NCBI GenBank assembly: GCA_934141245.1
Contig: CAKPCB010000007.1
Location: 4,032 to 68,031 of the forward strand
Reading direction: 5' to 3'
DNA length: 64,000 nt
DNA from: an uncultured Bacilli bacterium
GTDB lineage: Bacteria > Bacillota_I > Bacilli_A > RF39 > UBA660
Shown: positions 1 through 10,421 of the stretch, one piece after another
Numbering within the stretch: the stretch's first letter is position 1
Layout of the letters: every line of letters starts with the position of its first letter
Made by a program: the position numbers and the translations under genes
The notes under the pieces: model-generated
What the model was told of the DNA's origin: nothing
What the model saw: the letters and a program-made list of their open reading frames with translations, nothing else
Databases searched by the model: none

Positions 1-1553
1 CATTAGATCAAGAAAACGTAAACGGAAGAAGTCTATATCAAGTAACAGCAACAGGTGTTAAAAATGGATTGCAAGGATACTTAAATACTGGTAGTGATTT
101 CTATGATTATTCAACAGATAAATTTAAAGCAAAAGATGGAACCTCATGGTTTCAAGCAAATAATCAAACAATCGCATATTATATGGACCCAAGAAATTTT
201 TTAACAGAAACAGGTATATTCATGTTTGAAGACCTAACTTACTATGAAAGCTATCAAAATGAGAAATTAATAAAAAAGATACTGTATACAGACTTTTATA
301 AAGACTATATTAAGCACTATATTAGTGGTGCAAAAAAGTATAATGTATCACCTGTATATTTAGCAGCTTTATCAAGACAAGAAGTTGGGTTAAACTCTTC
401 AACCGCTACAAGTGGTAAAGCAGGAACATATAATAATGTTAATTATGATGGTTATTACAATTTTTATAATATTGGAGCATCAAGTGGAACAAATCCCGTA
501 TATAATGGTCTTGCTTATTCAAAAAATGCTGGATGGACATCACCTGAGATTGCAATAGTTGAAGGTGCTGGATGGATAGTAAAAGGATATATTAGCAGGG
601 GACAATACACTAGGTACTTTCAAAAATGGAATACATCCCCTACTTCCACAACTGGAATGTGGCATCAATATATGACAGATATCAAAGCAATTATTTCACC
701 TTCGGCATTAACTTTTTCCTCATATAGTGTAATCGGAATAACAAATGAAGCACTAGTATTTACTATACCAGTATATGATGGAATGCCAAGCAAAACAACA
801 TTACCTGCAACTGGAAATCCTAATAATTGGCTAAAATCATTACTAGTTAATAAAGAAAATATTAAAAATTTCTCCGGTAATACAACATCGTATGATTTAG
901 GAACTGTTGAAAATCAAATATCATCAATAAAAATTGAAGTAACTCCTGTAAATGAAAAAGCAAATATAACCGGTGATGGAAACATAAATTTAAAAGTAGG
1001 CAAAAACAAAATTGACATTATAGTTGTTGCAGAAAATGGTGCTAAAAGAACTTACTCATTATCTATAACAAGAAAGGAATCAGAAAAAATAGAAGAAGAA
1101 ACACCTGAAGAAATATCAATTAGTAAAATACTAAATAACCTATCTATAAAAAATAACAATAATAATATATATGGTTTTACACTAGGAACCACTACTGATA
1201 CATTGACGAAAAATATAATTAATCAAAACAGTAATGGTGTTGTTAAAATCGCAAACAGTTCAAATCAAGCTAAAGGCTCATCAAGTAAATTATCAACTGG
1301 TGACAAAATAACAATAACAAGTAATAAAGAAACAAAAACGTACCAAATAGTAATATATGGTGATATAAATGGTGATGGTGCTATAGATGCAAAAGACTTG
1401 CTTATAATCAGAAAATATCTTTTAAAAGAAAGAACACTATCAGGAGTATATTTAGAAGCAGCTAAACTTAATAGGTCATCAAAAGTTGATGCAAAAGATT
1501 TACTTATTTTAAGAAAATATTTATTAGGGACTATGAAAATTAGTCAGGTATAA
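1..1553 (+). CDS. Cell-wall hydrolase (5' partial): glucosaminidase domain, cadherin-like beta-sandwich domain and C-terminal dockerin
   Basis: The frame is open to the window edge upstream of the listed TTG at 69. A glucosaminidase-like segment is present (VSPVYLAALSRQEVGLNSS...AGWTSPEIAI). A cadherin-like beta-sandwich pattern follows (NWLKSLLV...AENGAKRTYSLSITR). The C-terminus has a duplicated dockerin segment: DINGDGAIDAKDLLIIRKYLL ... KVDAKDLLILRKYLLG. Confidence 0.75.
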   Translation, partial: LDQENVNGRSLYQVTATGVKNGLQGYLNTGSDFYDYSTDKFKAKDGTSWFQANNQTIAYYMDPRNFLTETGIFMFEDLTYYESYQNEKLIKKILYTDFYKDYIKHYISGAKKYNVSPVYLAALSRQEVGLNSSTATSGKAGTYNNVNYDGYYNFYNIGASSGTNPVYNGLAYSKNAGWTSPEIAIVEGAGWIVKGYISRGQYTRYFQKWNTSPTSTTGMWHQYMTDIKAIISPSALTFSSYSVIGITNEALVFTIPVYDGMPSKTTLPATGNPNNWLKSLLVNKENIKNFSGNTTSYDLGTVENQISSIKIEVTPVNEKANITGDGNINLKVGKNKIDIIVVAENGAKRTYSLSITRKESEKIEEETPEEISISKILNNLSIKNNNNNIYGFTLGTTTDTLTKNIINQNSNGVVKIANSSNQAKGSSSKLSTGDKITITSNKETKTYQIVIYGDINGDGAIDAKDLLIIRKYLLKERTLSGVYLEAAKLNRSSKVDAKDLLILRKYLLGTMKISQV

Positions 1554-1561
1554 GGAGTAAA

Positions 1562-2869
1562 ATGAAAAAAATATATAGATTTTTAATACTACTACTTTTG
1601 TTAGTATTTGCAGTACCACTTAATGTAAATGCAGCAACTGGTAGTTATTCAATAAGTTCAAATTCAACTGTTACAAATGGCAATACTTTTTCTGTAACAT
1701 TTACAATTAAAGCTAATAAGCTTTTTTACTGGCAAGCATACATTAGCTATGATTCAAGCAAATTGCAGTTAGTAAGTGGAACAACAGTATTTCAAGGAGA
1801 ATCAGATAATGCTACAAGTGGTCAATCCAGTGTATCAAAAACATTAAAATTTAAAGCAACAAAAAGTGGAAATGCTTATGTAGCAATTGCAATGGGCGAT
1901 AAAGGTGTCAATATAAATGCTGATATTCAAGAAGTATCATTTCGAAAAGTAACAAAAACAATAAACATTAAAAACAAAGTGGTTAAAAATTATAGTTCAA
2001 ATAATTATTTAAAATCACTTTCTGTTGAAGGATACAATTTATCACCAGCATTTAATAAAAATACAAACGAGTATAATATAGAAGTACCTGCAGAAACTAA
2101 AAATATAAAGGTTAGTGCCGAAAAAGAAGATTCAGCATCAAAAATTGAAGGTTTAGGCAATAGAGAACTAACAGAGGGATTAAATAAAATTATTGTAAAA
2201 GTCACCGCTGAAAATGGTAGTGTTAGACAATATACATTAAACGTAAAAGTAAAAGAATTAGATCCGATATATGTAGAAATAAATAAAGAAAAATTTTCTG
2301 TTATTAGAAAAGAGTCTGAACTACCAACATCAATATCTAATGTATATGAAAAATCAACGATAGATATTGATAATAACAAAGTTCCTTGCTTAATTAATAC
2401 AATAACAAAGAAAGTGTTAATTGCACTAAAAAATCAAAATGGAGATATAAATCTATACTTATACGATTCAAAAGAAAATACATACAATTTATATAATGAA
2501 ATTACATTTAACAAGTTAATACTATATCCAACATCAAAGCCGGTAAATAAAAAAGGATTCACTAAATCGACATTAGTTCTTAACGATAAGAATGTTGAAG
2601 CATATAAAAATATTGAAAATCCTGATTATTACATATTCTATGGTATAAATATAGAGTCTGGTGAAGAAAATATATATAGTTATGATAAAAAAGAAAACAC
2701 AGTACAAAGATTTCATGAGAAAAATAACTCAATTAAAAAAAATATAGATAGCAACAATTTATACTTATATACAACTATTGGATTAGGAAGTGTGCTATTA
2801 ATAACATATATAACATTAATAATTTCATTGTTAAAGAAAAGTTCAAATAAAAAGAAGGATACTAAATAA
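1562..2869 (+). CDS. Secreted, C-terminally membrane-anchored protein with a cohesin-like N-terminal module and a cadherin-like beta-sandwich domain
   Basis: RBS AAGGAG lies 8 nt upstream of the ATG. The signal peptide ends in NVNA. A cohesin-like pattern is present (GNTFSVTFTIKAN...ISYDSSKLQLVSG...AYVAIAMGD). The cadherin-like domain reads NYLKSLSVEGYNLSPAFNKNTNEYNIEV...AENGSVRQYTLNVKV. A C-terminal TM helix is followed by a Lys-rich tail. Confidence 0.6.
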   Translation: MKKIYRFLILLLLLVFAVPLNVNAATGSYSISSNSTVTNGNTFSVTFTIKANKLFYWQAYISYDSSKLQLVSGTTVFQGESDNATSGQSSVSKTLKFKATKSGNAYVAIAMGDKGVNINADIQEVSFRKVTKTINIKNKVVKNYSSNNYLKSLSVEGYNLSPAFNKNTNEYNIEVPAETKNIKVSAEKEDSASKIEGLGNRELTEGLNKIIVKVTAENGSVRQYTLNVKVKELDPIYVEINKEKFSVIRKESELPTSISNVYEKSTIDIDNNKVPCLINTITKKVLIALKNQNGDINLYLYDSKENTYNLYNEITFNKLILYPTSKPVNKKGFTKSTLVLNDKNVEAYKNIENPDYYIFYGINIESGEENIYSYDKKENTVQRFHEKNNSIKKNIDSNNLYLYTTIGLGSVLLITYITLIISLLKKSSNKKKDTK

Positions 2870-2888
2870 AACTTTACTGGAGGATAAA

Positions 2889-4934
2889 ATGGCTAAAAAG
2901 AAAAAAAAACTCAAATTCAATAAACTAATTGCACTTCTTGTAGTATTATCAAGTTTTTACATTATATATAACATAATACTACTAGGTCCAATTGAACCAC
3001 TTATAAGATACATATTAATAGGAATAATTCTTATAGTTGATATAATAATTTTTCTAAAAGCCTTTAAATCTAAAAATAACCATATATCACTTGCCTTGCT
3101 CATGATACTAATAATAGTTATAAACATATTATTAGGTAGTTCTATAAATTTAATTTATAATAAGTTATCAAATATGACATCAAATAAAACATTATATTCA
3201 ACGAGTTTGGTAGCTTTAAAGAAAAGTAAAATTAAATCAATAGACTCTATAAAAAAGAAAAAAATTTGTCTTATAAATGATACAACATCTAACGATGGAT
3301 ACATCATACCAAAATCAATGATAGAAGAATACAACTTAGAAAAAAATAATAGTATTGTTGATTATGATGATTACTCTAACCTATTACACGCATTGTATTC
3401 AGAAGAATGTGATTTAATATTTTTACCTGCAAATTTTGCAAATATGTTTTCAAACATAGAAGAATATCATAACATTGCAGAGGAAGTATCTATTATTAAA
3501 ACTCAAACAAAAAAAGCTCAAAAGGCATCAAAAACATACGGTACAAAAAAAATAACTGAACCATTTACCATGCTTCTTATTGGAATTGACTCATCAAGAG
3601 ATGGTTTAGAAAATTCCGACTCATTTAATGGTGACTCTCTTATGCTTGTAACATTTAATCCTGATACATTTAATGCAACTATATTAAGTATACCAAGAGA
3701 CAGTTATGTTCCAATAGCGTGTTTTAAAAATCAATATGAAAATAAAATAACACATGCAGCATGGAAAGGAACTAATTGTGTAATAAATACAATTACAAAC
3801 TTTACGGGAATAAAAATTGATTATTATGCAAAAATCAATTTCAAAGGACTTACAAGTTTGGTTGATGCTTTAGGTGGTATAACTGTAGATGTCCCTAAAG
3901 ATTTATGTACTGATAATAGTAATAGACAAGGACAAGTATGTATAAAAAAAGGAAGACAAAAATTAAATGGTGAAGAAGCACTAGTTCTAGCAAGAAACAG
4001 AAAACAACTAGCAAATGGTGATATTGATAGAGGTTTAAATCAACAAGTTGTACTTCAGGGAATATTAAATAGTGCAACCAATATTAAAAGTGCTAACGAT
4101 TTATTAAAATTATTAGATGTTGTATCAAAAAATATGGATACTAACATGTCTACCGAGACAATATTATCATTCTATAACGTTGGAAAAACATTATTATTAA
4201 ATTCCAAGGATACATCAAAAGTAATTGATTTACAACAACTATATCTTGCTGGTGTTGGTCAAACAATATATGATGAAAACACAAGATTAAATCTTTGGAA
4301 TTACATACTAAATAAACAAAGTGTAAAAGATGTAACTGATGAGATGAAAATTAATCTTGGTATTCAAAAGCCAAAACAAATAAAAGAATTTAGTTATTCA
4401 ATTAACGAACCATATAAAAAGCAAATAATTGGCAAAGGACCATATAAAGTATATACAACATATGATTTAGTGCCAGATTTAACTAAATATACAAAGCAGC
4501 AGGCAATTGAATGGTCAAACAAATATAATATAACTTTAGAAATAACTGAAGTTGCTAAAAAAGGAAAATATAAAAATGGTCAAATAATATCACAAGAGTA
4601 TCCTTTTAGAAAAAGAATTGATAAAATCCCAAATAAAACAATGAAAATTACAGTTGTATCAAAAAATGAAACATCAAAAACTTTTTCAGATAAAATAGAT
4701 TGTACTGATAAAGAAAATTTAAATAATAAAAGTTGTCTAATACCAAATTTTACTCAAATGACTAGGGATGAGGTTAATGCTTGGAAATCTAAATTTGCAA
4801 ATAGTATTGTTATAACATATATTAAGCAAAATGGTTCAAAAGATAAAATAATAAAACAATCGGTAAAAAAAGGAACACATATAAATGATTTAAAAAGCAA
4901 TAATATAACATTAACAGTAACTGAAAAGTCATAA
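2889..4934 (+). CDS. LytR-CpsA-Psr (LCP) family cell-envelope phosphotransferase with an N-terminal TM region and a PASTA-like C-terminal extension
   Basis: RBS is GGAGGA. LCP core motifs are present: LLIGIDSSRDG...DSLMLVTFNP...LSIPRDSYV...INFKGLTSLVDALGGITVDV...ALVLARNR. Confidence 0.85.
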   Translation: MAKKKKKLKFNKLIALLVVLSSFYIIYNIILLGPIEPLIRYILIGIILIVDIIIFLKAFKSKNNHISLALLMILIIVINILLGSSINLIYNKLSNMTSNKTLYSTSLVALKKSKIKSIDSIKKKKICLINDTTSNDGYIIPKSMIEEYNLEKNNSIVDYDDYSNLLHALYSEECDLIFLPANFANMFSNIEEYHNIAEEVSIIKTQTKKAQKASKTYGTKKITEPFTMLLIGIDSSRDGLENSDSFNGDSLMLVTFNPDTFNATILSIPRDSYVPIACFKNQYENKITHAAWKGTNCVINTITNFTGIKIDYYAKINFKGLTSLVDALGGITVDVPKDLCTDNSNRQGQVCIKKGRQKLNGEEALVLARNRKQLANGDIDRGLNQQVVLQGILNSATNIKSANDLLKLLDVVSKNMDTNMSTETILSFYNVGKTLLLNSKDTSKVIDLQQLYLAGVGQTIYDENTRLNLWNYILNKQSVKDVTDEMKINLGIQKPKQIKEFSYSINEPYKKQIIGKGPYKVYTTYDLVPDLTKYTKQQAIEWSNKYNITLEITEVAKKGKYKNGQIISQEYPFRKRIDKIPNKTMKITVVSKNETSKTFSDKIDCTDKENLNNKSCLIPNFTQMTRDEVNAWKSKFANSIVITYIKQNGSKDKIIKQSVKKGTHINDLKSNNITLTVTEKS

Positions 4935-5036
4935 TTATTTATTATGGCTTTTTATATTGAAATTTTGATACTAGACAAAATTTAATATTTATAGTATAAT
5001 TTGCTAGTCAGTTCTTTAAAGATGAAAGGAGGATTT

Positions 5037-6719
5037 ATGAATAATAAACCAAGTGAAACTAAAATTATAGTTTTAGGTGGTTTAGGAGAAGTCGGAAAAA
5101 ACATGTATTGTGTAATGCATGGTGATGCAATTGTTATTATTGATGCGGGTATTTGTTTCCCAGAAGGAGGTCTTTTAGGAATAGACTATATCCTTCCGGA
5201 TTTTACTTTTTTAAAACAAAATCAAGATAAAATTAAGGCTTTATTGATAACTCATGGGCATGAAGATCATATTGGTGGAATACCGTTTTTATTGCAAACA
5301 GTAAATATTCCAGCCATTTATGCACCAAATCAAGCCAAAGAATTAATCGCAATGAAGTTAGAAGACAAAAACATTAGATATGATAATTTATATGCATATA
5401 CTGACGAAACTAAACTAAAATTTAATAATATACAAGTAGAATTTTTTAGAACAACACACTCTATACCTGATTCACACGGTATTGTAGTAACTACACCTGA
5501 TGGTGCAATCGCAACAACTGGAGATTTTAAATTTGATTTAACACCAATTGGACCTATGGCTGATATACATAAAATGGCCGAATTTGGAAAGAAAGGTATC
5601 GATTTACTTATAAGTGACTCAACTAATGCTCTTAACGAGGGTGTTTCTAGTAGTGAATCAAAAGTCGACAGTGCTTTAAATGATATATTTGATAAATATG
5701 AATCAAGGCGAATTATAATTGCGACATTTGCTTCAAACATATATAGACTTAAACACATAGTGGAAACTTGCTACAAACACAATAGAAAAATATGTGTATT
5801 TGGTAGAAGTATGGAAAATAATATAGAAATTTCTCTTAAAGGTGGATATATTGACCATAGAGATATTATTATAACTCCAGAGGAAGCAAATAATCTAAAA
5901 CCATCTGAAGTTACAATTTTATGTACTGGTTCACAAGGTGAACCTTTAGCAGCATTATCTAGAATTGCAAATAATACACACAAACAAATTAAATTAAGAC
6001 CTGACGATATTGTTGTGTTTTCATCTTCGCCAATACCTGGTAATGCATTATCAATAGGAAGAACAATAAATAAGTTATATCTTCAAGGTGTTAAAGTATT
6101 TACTAATACATCCTTCAGTGATATACATACATCTGGACATGCTAATATAGAAGAATTAAAACTAATGATTAGATTATTAATGCCAAAATATTTAATGCCA
6201 TTCCATGGCGATTATAGAATGCTTAAAAATCATGCTAATATAGGAATAGAATGTGGTATTCCAAAAGAGAATACATTTGTATTAAAAAATGGTGATGTAT
6301 TAATTTTAAAAGATCATGTAATTACTAAAGGAGAACCTGTAATAGCAAATGATATATACGTTGATGGTAACAGATTAGGTGAAATCAATGGTGCTGTACT
6401 TAGGGACAGGAAAATAATGGCATCTGATGGTATATTAGTAGTTATAGCAAATATAGATATCAAAAATAGAGAACTATTAATAAAGCCTAATATTACAACA
6501 AGAGGATTCATACAAATAAATGAAAATGAAGATGTAATAAGAAAGCTAGAGTCATTGGCATCTAATGCTATAAATGAAAAATTAAAAGATGTAAATTGTA
6601 ATTTTAATGAAATTAAAAATCAAATTACATCAGATTTATTTAACTACGTATATGAAACAACTGGAAGAAGACCAATAATATTACCTATAATTTTAGACAT
6701 AAAAAGAACTCAAAATTAA
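5037..6719 (+). CDS. rnj: Ribonuclease J
   Basis: The MBL motif HGHEDHIGG, a beta-CASP region and the RNase J C-terminal domain are present. I moved the start to ATG 5037, which sits behind RBS AAAGGAGGA. The ORF-track TTG at 5001 has no RBS. Confidence 0.9.
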   Translation: MNNKPSETKIIVLGGLGEVGKNMYCVMHGDAIVIIDAGICFPEGGLLGIDYILPDFTFLKQNQDKIKALLITHGHEDHIGGIPFLLQTVNIPAIYAPNQAKELIAMKLEDKNIRYDNLYAYTDETKLKFNNIQVEFFRTTHSIPDSHGIVVTTPDGAIATTGDFKFDLTPIGPMADIHKMAEFGKKGIDLLISDSTNALNEGVSSSESKVDSALNDIFDKYESRRIIIATFASNIYRLKHIVETCYKHNRKICVFGRSMENNIEISLKGGYIDHRDIIITPEEANNLKPSEVTILCTGSQGEPLAALSRIANNTHKQIKLRPDDIVVFSSSPIPGNALSIGRTINKLYLQGVKVFTNTSFSDIHTSGHANIEELKLMIRLLMPKYLMPFHGDYRMLKNHANIGIECGIPKENTFVLKNGDVLILKDHVITKGEPVIANDIYVDGNRLGEINGAVLRDRKIMASDGILVVIANIDIKNRELLIKPNITTRGFIQINENEDVIRKLESLASNAINEKLKDVNCNFNEIKNQITSDLFNYVYETTGRRPIILPIILDIKRTQN

Positions 6720-6730
6720 TGAGTTCTTTT

Positions 6731-7357
6731 TTAAAAATCATAATCAACTTTTTTTCTTCTAATACTATTAATTAATAAAATTAACAACAAAATATTCAAT
6801 GCAACTGATCCATACATAATAGGACTACCATATTTTTTCATAACTTTTCCCACGTTATTCATTATCGAATCAAGTTGTCCATTATCATTCGAATTTTCCT
6901 CTTCAAACAACTTATCTTTTTTTACAATATTGATTCTATAGTCAGAAGAATCAGAGGTTAAACTATCAGAGCCCGATAATGCTTTAATTGTTTTTATCTG
7001 AATATCAGTATTAATTGAATTGATATTATTTTTTAAAGTAAATGTAATAGTATATATAATACTTACTGCAGAATCACTTTTCACTTTTACTGTTGTTGGG
7101 TTATCCCTAAGAACGTTAAATGTCCTATCTGGAGTATCTAATTTAATATCTTCAATATTAACCAAATTCAATACATTACGGTCATATTCTATTGTGGCCT
7201 CATACTCGTTAAGTGCTTTATCAACAATTACTGTATACACAACAGTATCACCTGCTTTAGCTTCTTTATTACCCGCTATTTTAGTATAAATTCTGTCAGC
7301 ACTTACATCTATAATTAATAATGGCATTAAAAGTAACAAAAATATAACTTTTTTCAT
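6731..7357 (-). CDS. Small secreted cohesin-like protein with a C-terminal membrane anchor (paralog 2)
   Basis: There is a signal peptide, a cohesin-like pattern (KAGDTVVYTVIVDK...ATIEYDRNVLNLVNI) and a C-terminal TM helix plus RRKK. It starts 7 nt after the rny stop. Confidence 0.55.
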   Translation of the reverse strand: MKKVIFLLLLMPLLIIDVSADRIYTKIAGNKEAKAGDTVVYTVIVDKALNEYEATIEYDRNVLNLVNIEDIKLDTPDRTFNVLRDNPTTVKVKSDSAVSIIYTITFTLKNNINSINTDIQIKTIKALSGSDSLTSDSSDYRINIVKKDKLFEEENSNDNGQLDSIMNNVGKVMKKYGSPIMYGSVALNILLLILLINSIRRKKVDYDF

Positions 7358-7364
7358 ACTCTAC

Positions 7365-8915
7365 CTACTTTGCTTCCTCCGTTGCTCTAACTTCTCTTAC
7401 AACAGTAATTTTAATAGTACCAGGATATTGCATAGTAGACTCTATCTTTTCTTTAACATCTCTAGCAATCTTATGTGCTGTCAAATCATCAACTTGCTCT
7501 GGTTTAACAATAACTCTTAACTCTCTACCAGCTTGTACTGCATAAGTTTTTTCAATTCCCTCAATATTATTTGCAACACTCTCAAGTTGTTCAAGTCTCT
7601 TTAAATAATTTTCTAACGAGTCATTTCTAGCTCCCGGTCTAGAAGCAGATAATGCATCTGCAATAGCAACCAATACTGCAATTACACTTTTTGCTTCTTC
7701 ATCACCATGATGTGATGCAATAGAATTAATAACAACATCATTCTCTTTATATTTCTTTGCAATTGAAACACCAATATCTACATGGCTTCCTTCCATTTCA
7801 TGATCAATTGCTTTACCAATATCATGTAAAAGTCCTGCACGTTTAGCTAAGGCAACATTCTCACCCAATTCACCAGCTAAAACACCAGCCAAATGTGCAA
7901 CTTCAATAGAATGCTTTAATGCATTTTGCCCATAACTAGTTCTAAAATGTAACTTACCGATAATTTCAACTAATTCAGGATCGAGTTTTGCAATTCCAAC
8001 CTCAAACAATGCATCATTACCATATTCTATAATTTTATTTTTCATTTCTTTACTTACTTTGTCATATAACTCTTCGATTCTTGTTGGATGAATTCTTCCA
8101 TCTTTTAACAAGTTTTCCAAAGTAATTCTTGCAATCTCTCTACGTAGAGGATCAAAACTTGATAGTACGACAGCCTCTGGTGTATCATCTATAATCAAAT
8201 CAACTCCAGTTATCGCTTCTAAAGTCCTGATATTACGTCCCTCACGGCCAATTATTCTACCTTTAATTTCATCATTTGGTAAAGTAACAACAGTTACAGT
8301 CTGTTCATTAGCTAAATCTGCAGCATACCTTTGCATTGATCTTACAATCAAATCTTTTGCAGTTTTATCAGCATCAAGTTTTGCTTCATTTTCTCTTTCT
8401 TTTATATAAGATGTAATTTCTTTTGACATCTGTTCTTCTACTTTTTTCATTACTAAATCTCTAGCTTTATCTTTACTAAATCCAGATATTTTAGATAATA
8501 ATTCTAATTGTTCTTGTTTAATTTCTTCCACTTTTGCTTGTTCGTTTTGGATATCTTTTTGCTTTTCTGTTAATTTTAGTTCTCTCTCATCAAGAGATAA
8601 TTCTCTTTTTTGAAACAATTCATCACGTTTATCAAGTGTGTTTTCACGTTGAATCAACCTATCTTCAGATTGCTTTAATTCTTGTTTTTTTTCTTTTACC
8701 TCTTTTTCTGTTTCTAATTTTAACTTATGTGATTCTTCTTTTGCTTCAAAAAGTAAATCTCTTTTAGTTTTTTCAGATTCTTTTTTAGCTTTTTCTAATA
8801 TTTCCTCTGCTTTTTTACTAGCATTATTTTCCTTCATATTATTAAAAACTACACTGGCTGCAACCCCAGTTGATAAACCAATTACGACTAACAAAACGGA
8901 GATTAATAGATTCAT
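7365..8915 (-). CDS. rny: Ribonuclease Y
   Basis: It has an N-terminal TM helix, a coiled coil, a KH domain ([11 protein letters not shown]) and an HD domain (LLHDIGKA). Confidence 0.95.
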   Translation of the reverse strand: MNLLISVLLVVIGLSTGVAASVVFNNMKENNASKKAEEILEKAKKESEKTKRDLLFEAKEESHKLKLETEKEVKEKKQELKQSEDRLIQRENTLDKRDELFQKRELSLDERELKLTEKQKDIQNEQAKVEEIKQEQLELLSKISGFSKDKARDLVMKKVEEQMSKEITSYIKERENEAKLDADKTAKDLIVRSMQRYAADLANEQTVTVVTLPNDEIKGRIIGREGRNIRTLEAITGVDLIIDDTPEAVVLSSFDPLRREIARITLENLLKDGRIHPTRIEELYDKVSKEMKNKIIEYGNDALFEVGIAKLDPELVEIIGKLHFRTSYGQNALKHSIEVAHLAGVLAGELGENVALAKRAGLLHDIGKAIDHEMEGSHVDIGVSIAKKYKENDVVINSIASHHGDEEAKSVIAVLVAIADALSASRPGARNDSLENYLKRLEQLESVANNIEGIEKTYAVQAGRELRVIVKPEQVDDLTAHKIARDVKEKIESTMQYPGTIKITVVREVRATEEAK

Positions 8916-8973
8916 TTAATACACCTCCATTTTCTATCTATGTTAATAAATCTTAATTTTAACATCTAATTAT

Positions 8974-9002
8974 ATTTTAATTTTTTTTATAAACATTGTC
9001 AA
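8974..9002 (-). promoter_or_regulatory. Candidate sigma-A promoter of rny (TTGACA, 17-nt spacer, TAAAAT)
   Basis: Read on the minus strand: TTGACA at 8997-9002, a 17-nt spacer, and TAAAAT at 8974-8979. Confidence 0.45.
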
Positions 9003-9068
9003 TGATTAGCACCAAAACATTTAAAACAAATTATTCTATATAAGAAAAAAACGCTTTAAAAGCGTGAC

Positions 9069-9788
9069 CTATTCTATTTTGAATTTAAATCCATCTTCTC
9101 CAGATATAACATTTCTTAGGTTTAAGTCTTTAATTAAACTCTTAATATCATCTCTCATATGAGTTGTAATAAAACTTACATTACTATACTTAGTTGCTAA
9201 ATATTCAATATCGTTAATACCTATATGTGATTCATTCCCTATTTCTAACGTTGTATCGATTATTATATATGAACTTATATTGCATAATTTTTCAACACTA
9301 CTACATAAGCTAGTATCACCTGTAAAAAATATAATCTTATTGTTTATAACAAATATATACCCATATGCCTCCTTCATTCTTCCATGTTCAACTTTTACAC
9401 TACTTATTTTTAAATCGTCAATGCTTATTTTTTTATTACAATCAACATAAGTTATTTCAATCTCACTTAGATATTTATCATATGAGTTAGGAAAACAAAG
9501 TTTAGTTATTGCTTCAACTTTTGGTTTTAATTCACTACCGCCAATTAATGTTATTTTTCTGCTTCCCCTTAAATATATTTCGGACAATAAAAATGGTATG
9601 TCAAAGAAATGATCTCCATGGAAATGAGTAATGAATACATATTCTATATCAATAATATCCTTACCCATTCTTTTTAAAGCTTTACAGCATCCATTAGGTA
9701 TATCTATTAAAATTTTATCGTTTATTAGATAAGATGCACTATTAAATGAAGCAAATATAGAACCGCTCCCAATAAATTCTATTTTCAT
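9069..9788 (-). CDS. MBL-fold metallo-hydrolase
   Basis: It has the HFHGDHF motif and typical metallo-beta-lactamase-fold spacing (239 aa). Confidence 0.8.
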   Translation of the reverse strand: MKIEFIGSGSIFASFNSASYLINDKILIDIPNGCCKALKRMGKDIIDIEYVFITHFHGDHFFDIPFLLSEIYLRGSRKITLIGGSELKPKVEAITKLCFPNSYDKYLSEIEITYVDCNKKISIDDLKISSVKVEHGRMKEAYGYIFVINNKIIFFTGDTSLCSSVEKLCNISSYIIIDTTLEIGNESHIGINDIEYLATKYSNVSFITTHMRDDIKSLIKDLNLRNVISGEDGFKFKIE

Positions 9789-9840
9789 AATATCACCACA
9801 TAATTATTCTAACCTTTAGCTTTTTTAAAGTCAACTAATT

Positions 9841-9861
9841 AAAAAAAGACCAATAATGGTC
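9841..9861 (-). terminator. Intrinsic terminator after cotJC
   Basis: Minus strand: the GACCA-TTAT-TGGTC hairpin is followed by TTTTTTT. Confidence 0.5.
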
Positions 9862-9863
9862 AA

Positions 9864-10421
9864 TTAATAGCCTTTTTCTTTATAGTACTCACATAATTCT
9901 TTAAATCTATTAAAATGAACTATTTCCCTTTGTCTAAGCCATAACAACGGAGAAATTACATCTGGATCATTTGTTAAATCTATCAAGTTTTCATATACAG
10001 CTCTTGCTTTTTGCTCTGCTGCCATGTCTTCATATAAATCTGCAATAGGATCTCCTGTTGCTGCAAAGTATGCTACAGTGAATGGAACGCCATTTGCATC
10101 TGTTGGATATAAAGCATTAGAATGTTCAGCATAGTGAGTATCAAATCCTGCATCTTTTAATTCTTCCATTGTTGCGTCTTTTGTAAGTTGATATATCATA
10201 GTTGAAATCATTTCAATGTGTGATAGTTCTTCTGTACCAATGTCACTTAAAAGTGCTTTGCCTCTATTATCTGGCATTGTGTATCTTTGATTTAAATACC
10301 TTAATGCCGCTGCCATTTCTCCATTTGATCCGCCATATTGTGTTACCAAATACTTAGCCATTTTTAAGTCTTTCTTCTTTATATTAACCGGATATTGTAA
10401 TCTTTTTTGATATAAAAACAT
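9864..10421 (-). CDS. cotJC: Spore coat protein CotJC (manganese-catalase family)
   Basis: The N-terminus MFLYQKRLQYPVNI and the segment GEMAAALRYLNQRY...EELSHIEM are typical of CotJC. Its start overlaps the cotJB stop (TAATG). Confidence 0.9.
   Translation of the reverse strand: MFLYQKRLQYPVNIKKKDLKMAKYLVTQYGGSNGEMAAALRYLNQRYTMPDNRGKALLSDIGTEELSHIEMISTMIYQLTKDATMEELKDAGFDTHYAEHSNALYPTDANGVPFTVAYFAATGDPIADLYEDMAAEQKARAVYENLIDLTNDPDVISPLLWLRQREIVHFNRFKELCEYYKEKGY

Noticed and set aside
2889-2925. A-rich run (AAAAAGAAAAAAAAAC) at the start of the LCP gene, considered as a slippery or phase-variable tract.
   Set aside because: It simply encodes the KKKKK cytoplasmic anchor segment in frame. 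There is no evidence of a frameshift.
5001-5036. N-terminal extensions proposed by the ORF track. Starts at 5001, 10990, 10929, 16658, 30137, 34887, 45441, 46603, 61700 and 63806.
   Set aside because: In each case an internal ATG (or TTG) sits at proper distance from a GGAGG-type RBS and matches the family's usual N-terminus. The extended starts lack an RBS.
5330-5758. Long antisense ORFs inside well-supported genes. Examples: 2005-2379, 5330-5758, 15910-16239, 24385-24753, 27939-28328, 31345-33051, 33983-34297, 44400-44784, 52533-52814.
   Set aside because: Each lies entirely opposite a gene with strong family motifs. Their translations are low-complexity and Ser/Phe/Leu/Ile-rich, and none has an RBS. 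These are typical shadow ORFs.
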